Shown here: positions 11,921 through 26,233 of the stretch, piece after piece
Position numbering within the stretch: position 1 is the first letter of the stretch
Layout of the letters: each line of letters opens with the position of its first letter
Assembly (NCBI GenBank): GCA_010093995.1
Contig: ML992515.1
Span: 177,533 to 241,532 of the forward strand
DNA from: Elsinoe ampelina
Lineage: Eukaryota
DNA length: 64,000 nucleotides
Reading direction: 5' to 3'
Translations under genes and position numbers: made by a program
The notes under the pieces: generated by a model
Told to the model about the DNA's origin: nothing
Seen by the model: only the letters and a program-made list of their open reading frames with translations
The model's database searches: none

Positions 11921-13455
11921 CTAGTACAGAACTCTTGTCCTGATCCTCGATCCAAGCTCCTCCAAGCTCTGGTAGAGGTCCTTAATCTCTGCCACGTTGA
12001 CATCGCTAATGTCAGCCATCAGATAGGCTACTTCGCCGCGCGAGTCGGTCATCTGCTTGTCTACGTTGTGGTCACCGAGAATGTCGTTGACGCGCTTCAG
12101 CACACCAGGTACGTTGCGATGGATGTAGATGACCTGGGTATGGTTAGCTTGGGCAGGAGAAATGATCGTAATGCGACTTACGCGAACGTGATTCGGCTCG
12201 TCTTGTGTCAAGCTTCGGAGAGAAACCTCGGGCAGGTTGACCGCGCCTTGTGTGGTTCCCTCATTGACGTACTTGGTCAATGCCTCTGCGACCTCGATAC
12301 CGATCGCCGACTGTGCCTCTTCCGTGCTACCTCCGATATGTGGCGTGAGAATGATATTCTTCAGGCTGCGGAGGTCCTCTGCCCACGAGTTGAGATCGTT
12401 GTGGAAATAGTCGCCGTTTCCACCAGGCTCATTAGGATATACGTCCAGCGCAGCACCAGCGATCTTGCCTGCCCTCGATGCGTTGATCAGTGCTTGAATG
12501 TCGACCACGCTTCCTCTCGAGGCATTGATCAGGTAGCTGCCCTGTCTCATGAGCTCAAGCTGCTCAGCTCCAATCAAGTTCTTCGTCTCTGGCAATTCCG
12601 GCACGTGTAGCGTAACGAAGTCTGCTCCTCGGAGAAGCGCCTCCAGACTTGGTACCTGGTGCGCTGTGCCCATGCTCATGAGATTGATCACATCATAATA
12701 GATTACCTTCATGCCCATCATTTCCGCCAGGACCGAGAGCTGGTTACCGATATGTCCGTATCCTACAATGCCCAAAGTCTTGCCACGGACCTCCCAGCAG
12801 CCGTTCGAGACCTTGTTCCAGACACCTTTGTGCAGCTCATTGCTTCGGTCTCCAAGTTGGCGGGCAAGAACTATAATCTCACCAATGACCAGTTCGGCTA
12901 CTGACCTCGAATTTGAGAAGGGCGAGTTGAAGACGGCGATACCAGCGCTAGCGGCGTACTTAAGGTCGACTTGGTTCGTGCCGATGCAGAAGCAGCCGAT
13001 GACGATCAGGTTCTTTGCGTGCTTCAAGACGTTCGCTGTGAGCTTGGTCTTTGAGCGGATACCAATGACATGAACGTCCCTGGTGCAGGTCAGCCAGAGC
13101 ATACATACGCTACACGGTCCACGTACTTGATCTTCTCAATCAGCTGCTCCTCGGGCAACGAACTCTTAATGGCCTCGACTTGATATCCTTGCTCCTTGAG
13201 CATAGTCTGTCCAACTTTGTTGACATTCTCCAACAGAAGGACCTTGATATCCTGGCTCTGGAAGGGTTTCAGTTGCTTTGCTGCTGTGGCCGCCGCTCCC
13301 TGTGCCCCGCCAAAGCTGGCCATCGGCGAACGCAATGCGACGGGGGAAGTGGAGGAGACAGAGAGATTCGTCGGGTCGAAGCTGTTCGAGACGCTTTGTC
13401 GGCGTCCATGGCCATTGCTGCCATTTCTGACGGGGATATCCTGAGCTCCTGACAT
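11921..13455 (-). CDS. SER3: D-3-phosphoglycerate dehydrogenase
   Basis: KVLLLENVN, IGCFCIGTNQVDL, GIVGYGHIG, TPHIGGSTEEAQ and a C-terminal ACT domain; introns near 13.1 and 12.15 kb. Confidence 0.95.
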
Positions 13456-14042
13456 GGTGTGGATTTGTTGCAGCAAGAAGAGGGGAGGGACTCGAATTGC
13501 TCATCAATTAATGGAAACTTTTTTCGCGTCACAGTCACGCCGATCTCGCTGACGCAAACGTGGGGGTTTTGCCCTGAAACGGAACATGGCGAAAACCAGG
13601 CGAACCTCGTCCAGGCGGCTGCCGAACGATTTTCAGGGACGAGCGAACCCTGCCCTCAGATCCGCACACATCACCGAGCATCATCAAGCGATCTGGTTTT
13701 GACTACTTGAATTCCAGCGATTTTACGCTACATACGACTTTCGATCTCGAAAGCCTTGATCCCCATCCGCCATGCCTACTCCGTCCTCAGATTGGTGCTC
13801 CTCTGTAGTGGGCATGCTAGGAAACCGAAACGAAGAAATCCATCGCCGCTACACGAACGCCGAGTGTGCGTGGGTGTCGAGTGATACGTCTTTGTCGAGA
13901 GAGTGACTACGTGAAGGAGTGTTGGGATGGTAAGATTCCGGGTGACCGGGGAATGGAACCCGAGTGCTGCCGAGCGGATGATCGGAGAGGTGCTGAGGGA
14001 TGAATTCAGGCGGACATGGATATTGAGTTGACTTGAAGTTGT

Positions 14043-15472
14043 CTAGCTCTGTTTGCACTCGGCGGTCTCCTTGTTCGGCTTTGAGCCGTCGCCCTGCTCA
14101 AAGTTAGTGCGGTCCCTCATGGCATGCTGATTAACTTACCTCCTCGTCAGACTCCTCTTCTTCGTCCTCATCTCTGTCAAGGTCCTCATCATCGTCCTCG
14201 TCATCCTCATCCTCAAAGTCATCCTCGTCGAAATCGTCTTCAAAGCCCTGCTCGAATTGCAGAGCCTCCCCAGTGAACCAGTCGATGGCACGAGGAATGA
14301 GCTTCTCCTTGATATCCTCACCGAGCTGGTAGTCGAGCTCGAGCTTGGCCTCGATGTCTTCGTCAATCTCCTCATCCTCATCAGCGGGCGGCTTGGCTGG
14401 ATTGAAGAAATCGAAGAACGATGGTGTCGGGATCGTCTTCTTGACTATACGGGTCTGCTTGGTGTCTGTGAATGTTAGCTAGAGAATGAATGTTGGTGTC
14501 GGTATCGCATACTCTTGTTCCTTTGCTTCTTGCTCTCGACCTTGACGGTGAGATCCTTTCCGGGCTTCCACTCAACCTTGTCGCCTTCAGCATGATCGTA
14601 GATGAAGTCGCCGCCATATCCGCTCTCTTCCTGATAGAAATATGTCTTTGAGATAGACTTGTTGGTGAAGTACTCGTTCTCCTCAAAGTCGAAGATCAGA
14701 CGGAAGCCAGGGCGGTCAAGGTATTCCATGCGGATGTTGGTCAGATGCTTGAGAGCTGCTTCGTCCCGATCGGTAATCGTCTCAGCAAGAGAAGAGTTCT
14801 TCATCGCTGAAAGCCAGAATTCTGGGATACCCTTGGCAGCCTCAGCGCCATCTTCCGCTTTGGTCTCTGCCTTGGTTTCCTCATCCTCCTCATCTTCATC
14901 GTCCTCCTCGCCTGCTTGTACCTCCTCTTCTGATGGCTCGTGTGTACCATTCACGATCTGTGCGCGTTTCTCGTAAAGTGGGCTGTACTTGGCGAAAAAC
15001 TTCTTCTCTAGGGCAAGTACCTCTTCCTGGAACTCGGCCTCGAGCTTGGAGTGCTCCTTCTGGATACCTTTGAGACCAGCAACACGGCGACGGACTGGTG
15101 CTGGTAGGGACTCGACATAACCTGATGACTTTCCGACGAGACTTCCGAGCTTGTTCTGCATGAGCGAGACGAGTTTTGGGTTGGAGGCGAAGATCGATGC
15201 AGCTGCAGCGCGGTCGAGATCCTCTGAAACATTTATTAGTTGTCGTGTTCTCGAAATAGTCGATCATTTTTGTTGAAGCTCACCTTCCTTGATGGAGCTC
15301 ACACCGGGCTGCTGAGCGCGAGAAGAGATTGGCGCATTGTTCAAGGGGGTGTTCTGAGGGGTACTTGTAGCGGTGTCAGCACTTTCACGGATGGCCATGA
15401 CGGGCAGTATAGGTCGAAGCAAACTTACGGTGCGACAGGCGCCTCCCTCTTATTACGGATCGGCTCAGACAT
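14043..15472 (-). CDS. NAP1: Nucleosome assembly protein (histone chaperone), multi-exon
   Basis: [33 protein letters not shown], acidic tail, ends ECKQS* (CaaX-like). Confidence 0.95.
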
Positions 15473-16330
15473 GATGATCTGAGGCGTTGCGTATGGATTT
15501 GTTGAGTGGGATGAAATTGTTGTATGCAGGTGAGGAAGCGCGGTTGGGTTCACTCGCTTTTGCACCACAAGAAGGCGGCTGCAGTCCTTTCATGGGTGAA
15601 AAATGCTGGCCAATCAGATGTGACCTCTGACTCGTCACGTTTTCAGGGACGAGAGACGTCACCTCTCTCTTCTGTTTCACATGCCAACATGCGGCCGACA
15701 ATGGAAGATGGTTTGAAAATGTCCATCTAAGCAAGTGTTCGTCTCTATGTCTCTCACTTGTATGTGGCCGTCCTCGGGGGTTCTTTGCACCTTCACGTTG
15801 GGTACACAGCAACGACACCTCATCTCCAGAACTTGAGACAGCGGTATTTGCCACGAGTGTCGATGTGCCCTTCGGGTTCAAATAGCAGTCTGAAGTGCTT
15901 TGTATAACTGGTAGAGTATCGTATGAGACTAGAGAGACAAAGGTGTATCTCCTAATCAACGTTGATGCCACGAAAAGAATGTCCCTTCCTTTTGCTCTGT
16001 TTGCTTGCTAGTCGGCTGTTCACAAAGAACATGAGGGTCCGGCTACTGTGAGTGAAGTAGTGAGCATCATCTGGACAGTGACTCCCAATGAGACTCCGCT
16101 CTCAAGTCATTGAGGCATGTGAAAAGTGATTGTCGAAATTCAGGCATCCATCCTTCCTCTTCACAGCTATACGATTTCCTCACTTGTCACTTCTGCTTCT
16201 CTCCAACAAACAATTCACACCACGACCTCACCATCGACACTTTCTCGCGCTGCGCTGCTTGCTTGCTCGATTCAACAACTTCAAACACATAGTTATCAGC
16301 AATACTAACAGCATCCTTTCTACAGTCATC

Positions 16331-17122
16331 ATGCCCATCTACGACCCCAAGAAGGTGATTGAGAAGCTCACCGACACCGAGAAGAATCGCGTCATCGCCT
16401 TGTATCTCAGCATCGACAATCCCAATGCCGTCGTACGTGTCAAGGAATACCCCCGCTGCCTCTACATCCTCACGGAGCCTCCTCGCACTCAAATTCACCT
16501 GAAGCCAGTCATCACGGAGCTACCACTTGAAGAAGCACCCGAGCATGCTCAAGCGTTTTCTGCAGAAGTAGCTCCTCTTTATACACGAGTCGTTGACTTT
16601 CTTGCTCAGGTCAATTGGGGCACTGCCACCAAGTTCCTCGGAGGCGCCTCTGAGGACTCCACCCGCGTCTCGCAGCGCAACACCATGAAGAAGCTCAAGG
16701 ATGCGGAGGTCGAGCTTGCTGCCGATGGCACTCCTGTCACCGAGCCCGCTCCACTTGTGGTCAAGAAGGCTGGACCGGTCAAGGGCAACACTGAGGAGGA
16801 TCACGAGAATGATGTTCAAGCCAAAGGCAAAGGGAAGAAGACTAGTGGGGGTCGTAAGCGCAAGGCCAACGATAATGGAGATAACGCTGGTGCTACTGAG
16901 GGCAAGAAGCCCGTCAAGCGCGCTCGTGGCAAGAAAGCTGCGGTCGAGGCTGTCGCCGCTGAAGGTACAGGATGTATTCTCCGCTTACCAATGACATTGC
17001 TAATGAGTGCAGATGAGGCTGATGTGGAGACTGGAGTTGATCAGGATGCCGAGATGGCCGACAACATCGTTGTGAAGACCGAGCCTGAGGTCGAGGATGG
17101 AGACAAGGACGAGGATCTCTAA
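16331..17122 (+). CDS. Small Myb/SANT-like HTH protein A (~188 aa spliced) with K/E-rich tail
   Basis: Exons 16331-16432, 16610-16964, 17013-17122 give LTDTEKNRVIALYLSIDNPNAV|VNWGTATKFLGGASEDSTRVSQRNTMKKL, then a basic/acidic tail. Family call is by pattern only. Confidence 0.7.
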   Translation: MPIYDPKKVIEKLTDTEKNRVIALYLSIDNPNAVVRVKEYPRCLYILTEPPRTQIHLKPVITELPLEEAPEHAQAFSAEVAPLYTRVVDFLAQVNWGTATKFLGGASEDSTRVSQRNTMKKLKDAEVELAADGTPVTEPAPLVVKKAGPVKGNTEEDHENDVQAKGKGKKTSGGRKRKANDNGDNAGATEGKKPVKRARGKKAAVEAVAAEGTGCILRLPMTLLMSADEADVETGVDQDAEMADNIVVKTEPEVEDGDKDEDL

Positions 17123-18042
17123 GCCAGCCACCACACTCCGACGTCCATTCCAGCACCAACAACATCACTATCCATCACCAACGTCAATCATCCCATCACA
17201 CACGCACATAAGCAGACACAAAGGCAACAACACTCATCCACCCACAACCGAGCACATTCAGAACCACCCAACATGCAATCTCTTCGCTTGTCACATTCGG
17301 AGAAGCAATCATGGCGATTTCCATGACAAGACATGGCTTCATCTTCGAGCAATCTCATAGCTAAATCGAGAACTTATCCCAGACGTGTTGCGTGTCCTCC
17401 GCTGTGTCGCATCTCTAGATTGACGCAGCGTGCATCGTGAAGATTACATACTGAGACAATTTGTCAATCGATCACCGAGGCAAGCAAATGCAGATCGAAT
17501 GACAGACATTACAGTACAGTACGTTCTATCCAACAAGCAGTCATGAATTATTCGCTCTTCGGTACAGGGCAATGAGACTTGACCTCCCCATGTTAGTCCA
17601 GCTGTCATTTGAAGCACCAGATTCAGGAGTTGCCTTCACCGCCAGTGTAAGGTGCCGACGAATCGTCCATTACTTTGACCAGAATGGGCTGTGCAGGATG
17701 TCCTATGAATTTGAAGCATACACAATTGATGGTGCTTGCTTCGTGCTTGATTACCAAGATTAGCGAGCATGTGCATGTGAAAAGCCCAATCCTCTATTTC
17801 AGCAAATACCGGGAGATCTTCACTCCTTCACACCTTCGCAGCTTCACCAAACGTCCCAGCTCTTCCCTCTCTGAAAGACGACACAGACATTCCGGTTGGT
17901 GAGACCTATAAGAGTTGATCTTTCGATGACAAGAATACTGAACACATATTGCAGCAAAGATTCATCCACCACCTTACTGAATCACCTCACCTCACATCTC
18001 GAAGTCATATCGGATAGCAGCACATTCACGCTCAAGTCCACC

Positions 18043-18457
18043 ATGGCCGACATAAACTTCACCGCTGGAGAGCAAAAGCTGCTCATGACCATTCTTGCCA
18101 ATCTCAAGGGAGACATCAACGTAGGGACCACGTTCCTCTCACACCACACCTATCGCTGACACTGCACAGGCCGACTGGGACAAAGTCGCCGAGCTCCAGG
18201 GCTACAAAGACGCCAGTATTGCCCGTACCCGCTGGAGCCAGATCAGGCGCAAGAAGATTGACGCAAACGACGGCGATGGGGCAAAGCCTAGTCCTCCCAA
18301 GAAGCGGACCAAGAAGCAGACCGACGAAGAAGATGCCGAAGGAGGTGGCGACGATGGTGAGGGAAAGGCAGTAAAGCCGAAGAAGGGTGGACGAGCTGCG
18401 AAGAAGATCAAGACTGAGATTAAGGAGGATCCTGAGGACGAAGCGGAGTCTGTCTAA
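18043..18457 (+). CDS. Small Myb/SANT-like HTH protein B (121 aa)
   Basis: Exons 18043-18120 and 18170-18457: FTAGEQKLLMTILANLKGDIN|ADWDKVAELQGYKDASIARTRWSQIRRKK, then a K/E-rich tail. Probable 5'UTR intron 17899-17954. Confidence 0.85.
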
Positions 18458-19078
18458 GGGTGCTTAAGGGCCATGGCGATTCTAGCGATTGCGTTCAGAT
18501 GGTCTGCGTGATCCGCTTGAGTGGACTGGACAAAGATTCGGCATTGGCGACTGCAATGTATTGCTACGGGACAGACGATAGCTGAGGCGAATAAGCTAGG
18601 AATGCAACCTTGCTCCTTATCAGCTTCGTTCTGTCGTCTTGAATCTCGACACTCTACAAGGTCAGGAATGAAGCTCGAGGCTGCCTGTCTGCGCGCCGAT
18701 GATCCTTCTTGTGATCGGCGGAAAATGCCTGCCCTGCGTTGCCGCCACTCAGGTATCAGTCAGACCAAAGCCTACCAGCGCGTCGTGTTGGCTTCCTGTT
18801 GGATCAGCATATACCGTGAACATATCATGAGTGATGCAAGCAGCCAGAGACTACAAAAATAATGATATTCAAAGGACAAGGTCGACAACTGTATGTTTAA
18901 GAGGTACAGCATATCACCTCCAGTCTTGGCATCCCGGACCTCATCAGAAATCTCGCCCGCAACCACCACCACTCCATCCCAAACCAACACCAACACAATG
19001 CCAACCCCATAACCCCCGCCTCTACCAGAATACATATACCATCCCCCTCTCGCTGCCCACCGGCGCGATACTCCCAAG

Positions 19079-19399
19079 ATGACCACCCCACTCCCCCGCC
19101 TCCTCACGCTCCTCCGCACCCAATGCACCATCTTCAACACAACCTTCAACCCATCCCGCCTACGCACCGGCAACAAAATCCTACGCCAACGCCTCCGCGG
19201 TCCTGCTATGGCAGCTTACTACCCGCGCCGCATCGCCACGATCAAGGATCTGGCCAAAGCGTACCCCGATTATGAGGTGATTGATGAGGACGAGGATGAT
19301 CGGTTGGAGAATGTGCAGATCACGAAGAGCAGAGGCAAGGGGCCGCCGAAGAAGAAGCGTACGAAAGAGGTGCAGGTTGGGAAGAAGAGGAAGAAGTGA
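19079..19399 (+). CDS. RSM27: Mitochondrial small-subunit ribosomal protein mS33
   Basis: IFNTTFNPSRLRTGNKILRQRLRGP..YYP and RGKGPPKK are family motifs. Confidence 0.92.
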   Translation: MTTPLPRLLTLLRTQCTIFNTTFNPSRLRTGNKILRQRLRGPAMAAYYPRRIATIKDLAKAYPDYEVIDEDEDDRLENVQITKSRGKGPPKKKRTKEVQVGKKRKK

Positions 19400-20788
19400 G
19401 GGTGAGGTTGCACGGGTGTATCGGGGAATGGGAGGCATTGGTTTGCGGAATGGGGTGGAGGCGTTTGGAAGGATCATGGAGAGCTTTGCGAGAGGACTGG
19501 ACGGGCTGGAGAACGGCCGAGAGGGGGCGATCTGGTAGGACGGAGATGTTGAAGGAGGGAATGATAGCTTCTCTGCTCTTCTTCTTCCGAGAAGGAGAAG
19601 TCGTAATGGCCAGGGAGTCATGGGACAGTAGTGGTAGTATCTGGAGATACAGGTCAAAGATTCCGTGGCAAGGGAGAAATGTACAATACAATAATGATTT
19701 AGCTGCTAGCGACACGGCATATCAACGCAGCAGCATGCCTTTGGCTTCGTACGATGGGATCATCAGGGTAGTACCAATAGATCCTGGTCAGAGTCCTCGT
19801 TTTCTGACATAACGAACGGTTCCTGTTTGGTTGATTGGATCGACACGGTGTGACCGGTCTTTATCATTGTCAATCTATGGCGGCAATGTCCCCTGGCCTT
19901 GCACTCGCCGTCTCGTGGCTTTGTCTCTCGACAGTTCTCCTCGCAGCTCTGCACGCCGTCTGTACCAGCTTGTATGGGAGCAAGTTCTATATCATGATCT
20001 TTGTAATCTCTTGCAAACCTTGAGGGCATGTCGTAAGCAGGTTGACCGGCTCATGCTCAGCTCCGGAGTTCCAGTGTCCACATCATCATAAGATGAAGAT
20101 GCTGAGGTACGGCAAACATTTTCATCAATAGTCACGAATGCACTCTGCCTGCTCCCTCCCAGGGGGACCAAAGTGATGATGACTAAGCGGGATCGTTTCG
20201 GCGGACTCAACGACACTACGGACTTTTCTCTTCGGCACCCCTCCACATCCCTTTCCTATCATCCGTTTCTGCATCGCAATGCGTCGAAACCCATGATCCA
20301 ATATCTATGCTTTGTTCCTGTGAAGACAACCTTGAGGGATATGGTAGAGGCGACGTTGCTTCAGGGAATCATTGCGAACGTGATTCCTGACAAGGTCTCG
20401 TGGTGGGATGGAAGTGCTCAGATGGACATGTAATCAGACCGTCGCCGCAAATTGATAGAAGACATCGCTCCCCATCGCGATTCCAATAGTTCTCAGGTGA
20501 GCTGACCCAGGATCCGAGACAACCTACGGTCTGCGATTGGCCGTCGAAGACTTGTCGGCTTGCTTGGTCCTTCTGCGGCGGTCAGCGCAAGCGAGTTCCT
20601 ATGCAGCACTTCTCGGACCCTTGGCAAGTCATCTATCTCCTTCATTCCGACTGTCTTGTGCATAGAATGCGCCATGATGGTGTCTAGGCAAGCCACTTCC
20701 AATTCCTTCGGACGATTTCTGCTTCTTTAAGGTCGGTAGCGCCCTCTTCTCTTATCAATCTATTCTTCAGACAATTTTAAACGTCAAT

Positions 20789-22528
20789 ATGCATTCTCTA
20801 GTAATCGTATCCATTCTATTGGCACCCGTTGCATACTACATTCATCTCTTCCTCTATGCATATCGGAAACGAAAGAATGATCCACATGAGCTTCCTGGCC
20901 CGACTCTATTCCCATACATCGGGCGAATCCACGACCTCCCAATCGACTACATGTGGGTGAAGTTCAAAGAATGGGCAGACAAGTATGGGCCCATCTACCG
21001 GACAGAGATGCTGGGTACCAAGTTTGTTATCGTCTCAGACGAGAAGATGATCGAGGACTTGCTTGTTAAACGGGCCAAGTACAACTCTGATCGACCTGGC
21101 GTCAAGTCTCTATTCGACTCGAAGAGCACATATGGGTCGATGGAGTACCTGCCACTGATGGGTCACAACCGTAAGTTTTGCCGGGACTCAATTGACCTCA
21201 ACTAACCTCATGCAGAGTACTGGGCTCGCGGCCGCAAGCTCACCCACTCGTACCTTACACAGGGCACGAACGCCCAATACTACGGCTTCATGGACCTCGA
21301 AGTAAAGCGATGGATGCACCGCCTCCTCACCGAGCCCGAAACATTCCAATACACCCTCGAAGACATGGCCGCCAAAATCATGTGCCACCTCGTCTGGGAC
21401 GACCACTCCCACAGCACCGCCCTCATCCCCTCAGCATGGGGTCTCCTCACCCAAATGTCCCCCGCCGGCCCCATCACCAACATCCTCACCCCGCTCTGGG
21501 ACCTCCCCCTCGCCCTCAACCCATGGAAAAAAGCCGAACACATCCGCCACGACACGCAACAAGCCTTCTGGCTCGCCCGCCTGCACCAAATCCGCACCGA
21601 GCTCTCCACCGGCGAAGCCCGGCCCTCTTTCACCCGCCACTACCTCTCCATGGGCGCCAAAGCGCCACTCAGCAACGACCACGAAGCCTCGTCCTGCCTC
21701 GGCATGCTCGCCATCGTCGGCGTCTTCACCATCGGCGGACCCCTGAACTACTTCCTCCTCGCCATGATCATGCACGCCTCGGCCCAAGCGCGAGCCCACG
21801 ACGAAATCGCCACCGTCCTCGGCCGTCCCCCGACCCTCGACGACATGCCCCGCCTCCCGTACCTGCGCGCCTGCATCCGCGAGACCATGCGGTGGAAACC
21901 CAACGTGCCCACAGGCGTGGCCCACGAGGCGGAGCGCGACGATTACTACAACGGGTACTTGATCGCCAAGGGGACGCGCATCTTGCCGCTGGATTGCGCG
22001 CTGTTGCGGGATCCGAAAAAGTACCCGGACCCTGAATCGTTTCGGCCTGAACGCTGGGTCGAGGAGGGGTGGCCCACGTATCAGGAGCCGTTGACGCGGT
22101 TTCCGACCATCAAGGGGATGACGTCGTTTGGGTGGGGCCAGAGGCAGTGTTTGGGGATGGGTCTGACGCAGGATGAGCTGTTTTTGGCGTGTGGGAATTT
22201 GTTGTGGTTTTTTGAGTTGAAGAAGGCGTTGGATCGCGAGGGGAGGGAGGTTACGCCGGATCCGGAGAAGAGTAATAGTTTGTTGATTATTAAGCCGGAT
22301 AAGTTTGAGATGAGGTTTGAGGTGAGAGGGGAGGAGAGGAGGAGGGAGGTATTGGAGAGGTGGGAGGGGGCGGAGAGGGAGTGGAGTGTGAAGAGGAAGG
22401 TGGAGAGGGAGGCTGGGAGGCTGGAGGTTGAGGCGAGGAAGAGTAGGGTGGAGGGGCTCGGGGAGAAGGAGAAGATGGCGAGGGTCAAGGTCAGGGAGGT
22501 GGAGGTGGGAGGGGAGTCGGTAGTATGA
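20789..22528 (+). CDS. Cytochrome P450 monooxygenase
   Basis: N-terminal TM anchor plus LPGP, intron 21171-21215, ExxR (ETMR), FRPERW, heme motif FGWGQRQCLG. Confidence 0.95.
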
Positions 22529-23289
22529 TCACGCAGGCATGCACAAGACTGCTGGCGCTTGAGGGATTGGGATATCAGGTGTCTCTGCTGGCACAGTGTA
22601 TAGGGAGAGTTCTGCAGAGGGGTCTACAGCTGTGTCTTCACTACATTCATTTCCCTTCAGATCTACAAGTGCACAGAGATGGGAAATTTGCTTGCTCTAC
22701 AGTTGCGAGGAGAATCATGTTCAAGTGACGGGGAGTGCTGTCCTCCCCCAGTGGTTCGCCTCGGACATGCTGCGGGGAGCCGTGCTCCGGAAGTGACCCC
22801 TTTGGACGGCAACGAGGATCGACATGCACGTTCGGGCGTGAGATGAACATCTCTTCCGCTTACTCAGGCAACAAATAATGGTGTTGTCCTCGAAAGTCGG
22901 TGCTCAAGATGGGTCGAGAACGAGGGCTGCGACGCGAGAGTCTCAGCTCCTATTTTGCCGCCGCACACCACAAGCACTATCAGCAACCGCGCTATCATCA
23001 TGAATAATCATATTATGAGATGCACTATACGTGCTATCCTGGCTGCATTATGTCGTTAAAGGAAGGCGCTCGTACGCTCTGTGAAACCAGACGCTTCATG
23101 GCTCCGAGGCTTCAGCTCGCGAGACTTAGTTTGGTGGCGACTCGGTCTCTGTGGCAATCCTGGCGTGATGAACAGATCCACCATACATTTCCGGATCCGA
23201 TACAGTGCTGCCTGGATCAGTCGTGCTGTTGCTGCTTTGGAGCTGGGTTGGAGCTGCTTTGATAACTGTCGTCACTCCTCTTGACTCTT

Positions 23290-23945
<656 letters not shown>

Positions 23946-24496
23946 TTCGGAGATTCAAAGACCAGATTGATTGACTTGTGAGCTTTCACAAGTACAAGAG
24001 AAATACCCTTCCACTGGACTCAGGTCGAGTCGCGAGTGGGTTGGCGCAGCGCGGGTTCTAGGGGGCAGCAGAGGCTTGTGAGGTGTTCCTGTTGGTGTTC
24101 ATATGGTCGTATAAGCTGTCAAATCGAGTTCAGACCGGCTGGGAGTATGAGTGGGCGATGTAGGGGATGCGATCGTCGTGTAGACTGAGGATTGCAAGTC
24201 GCGAATCTGTAAACACGGGCCATGCGCGTTCTGTGAGCCGCGGTAAGCGAAGATGCGGCTCTGGGAAACGTGGGGAAGAGCCGGAAAGGCTGAAGGGTGA
24301 CGCAGGGTCCTTGAGCCGTTTGTTGTAGATACGTGGACCTTCACTGTCATTTGTCTTCTCATTACTCAACCACTTCCGGATAGATTATCTTTCGTGTCGC
24401 GCTCACTCCTGCTCTTAACAACATCTCCCACCAACTGTACACGTATCCTTCGAACCCGATTCTTCTGCCTACAACTCCGATCACACGAGCTCCAAG

Positions 24497-25353
24497 ATGG
24501 ACGCCATGTTTGGCGGCGGCGGCGGCGGTATTGGCGGAGATGGAAACATCCCTCTGGATCAGTGGTTCTTCGAGATGCCTGTAATTACAAGATGGTGGAC
24601 GACTGCAATCGTAGCGACCGGGGTGGCGGTACAGTGCCACATGCTGTCACCATTCCAGCTGTTCTACACCTACCGCGCCGTATTCTACAAGAGCCAGGTA
24701 AGTTTGGACATGGTAGGATATAGATAGGGACGCGTCTGACCGTCTCGTAGTATTGGCGACTTCTCTCAACATTCGTATATTTTGGTCCGCTCAGTATTCA
24801 GCTGGTCTTCCACATCTTTTTCATCCAAAGATATGCTCGGATGCTGGAAGAGTCAGCACCTTCAGCCGCGCACTTCTCTTGGATGATGGCATACGCCATG
24901 ACCACACTGCTTTGTCTCGCACCTCTCTTCGATCAAGGATTCTTGGGCACGACCCTTAGTTCCACGTTGGTCTATGTATGGTCCCGAAAACACCCAGATG
25001 CCTTGCTTAGCTTCCTCGGCATCTTCACCTTTCGTGCACCGTGGCTACCATTCGTTATGATAGGACTGAGCGTGGTGCTACATGAACACTGGCCATGGGA
25101 TGAGTTCTTCGGGATAGCTGTTGGCCACGGTAAGATCCCTATCAGACAGACGAGATATGTATGCTGATGGTACGCAGTGTGGTACTTCTTCAACGACATC
25201 TATCCGACCATGAGCGGCGGATCGCGGCCTTTCGACCCTCCTGGATGGTGGATACGTCTGTTTGAGCGCAACCCTTTCAGCGCGCAGCAAGCCGTTCAGC
25301 CACCAGCCATCAACCGGGAGCTAGCAGCTGGCATGGCGCCCGAGGTCAGGTAG
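24497..25353 (+). CDS. DER1: Derlin family ERAD protein
   Basis: MPVITRWW, SQ|YWRLLSTF, YVWSRKHP, FRAPWLP, VGH|VWYFFNDIYP; introns ~24698-24750 and ~25129-25177. Confidence 0.9.
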
Positions 25354-26233
25354 CTGACTACCTCCTTGTACATTCTTACTTCACATCCGCGAGCGATTCA
25401 ACGACATGATGACCACAATTTTCGATGATAAACTTCATTAGCATAGCGAGGACGAGTGGGAAAGGAGCAGCACGTGCTACCTTGTATAGCAATGCATGCC
25501 GAGTCTATTCAATGAACTAGACAGAGGGCAATACTGTATAGAACATTCCTTTGATAGGGGTATATCCGTGCTATGGTATAACACGTGCTGTTCCATTCAT
25601 TTTGACTTGACAGCCATATCCTTGATTCAGGTCTGTGCGGACATCGCCTACGACCGGGCAGCACGTCGACCCTGACCGCCGGCACCGGATATGAGTCTGG
25701 AAGCCACAAAATCTTCTTTCTTGCTGTTTTGCTGTCGCCCCTCGCTGGCCAAGAGCCGCAAAAGCTTGGTGCCTTCTCAAAACAGCCTAGCCTCCACCGT
25801 GCTCCACCTCTCAACCTCACTTTGTCTTCCTCCGCCCTCTGCCTATCAGATAACATTCTTGGAACACGCGACGCTCGTCGTTGGACGCCGCTGGCTTGTT
25901 CCTGCACATCATGCGGAGCTGGCCTGGTTGCACGTTCCATTGGAGCCGCAGGAGACCCTTCTACCCGTCCACAACAAGTATTCGAGCCGACATGAGTGAG
26001 CAAAATGACCTGCTCTGTTCTGTCAGGACAGCCCGCAGCACAGGGTTGGATAGCTCATGCGGTAAGTCGATCATTTCTGCCCAGCCACTATCATGTAGTT
26101 GCACAGCTTGGTACTGCCAGCATCCAGTGCCAACCACAACCGTCTTTGCTCAAAGCATATATAACTCCCCTTCCACTACCCTAATGTCCCTCATCCTCCT
26201 CCGCTAGCCTATACCCATCCCCTGCAGGCCAAG

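Noticed and set aside
19700..20750. Several 60-90 aa ORFs between RSM27 and the P450
   Set aside because: No recognisable motifs or consistent exon structure.
25400..26200. Overlapping short ORFs between DER1 and the nuclease
   Set aside because: No recognisable homology or coding signal.
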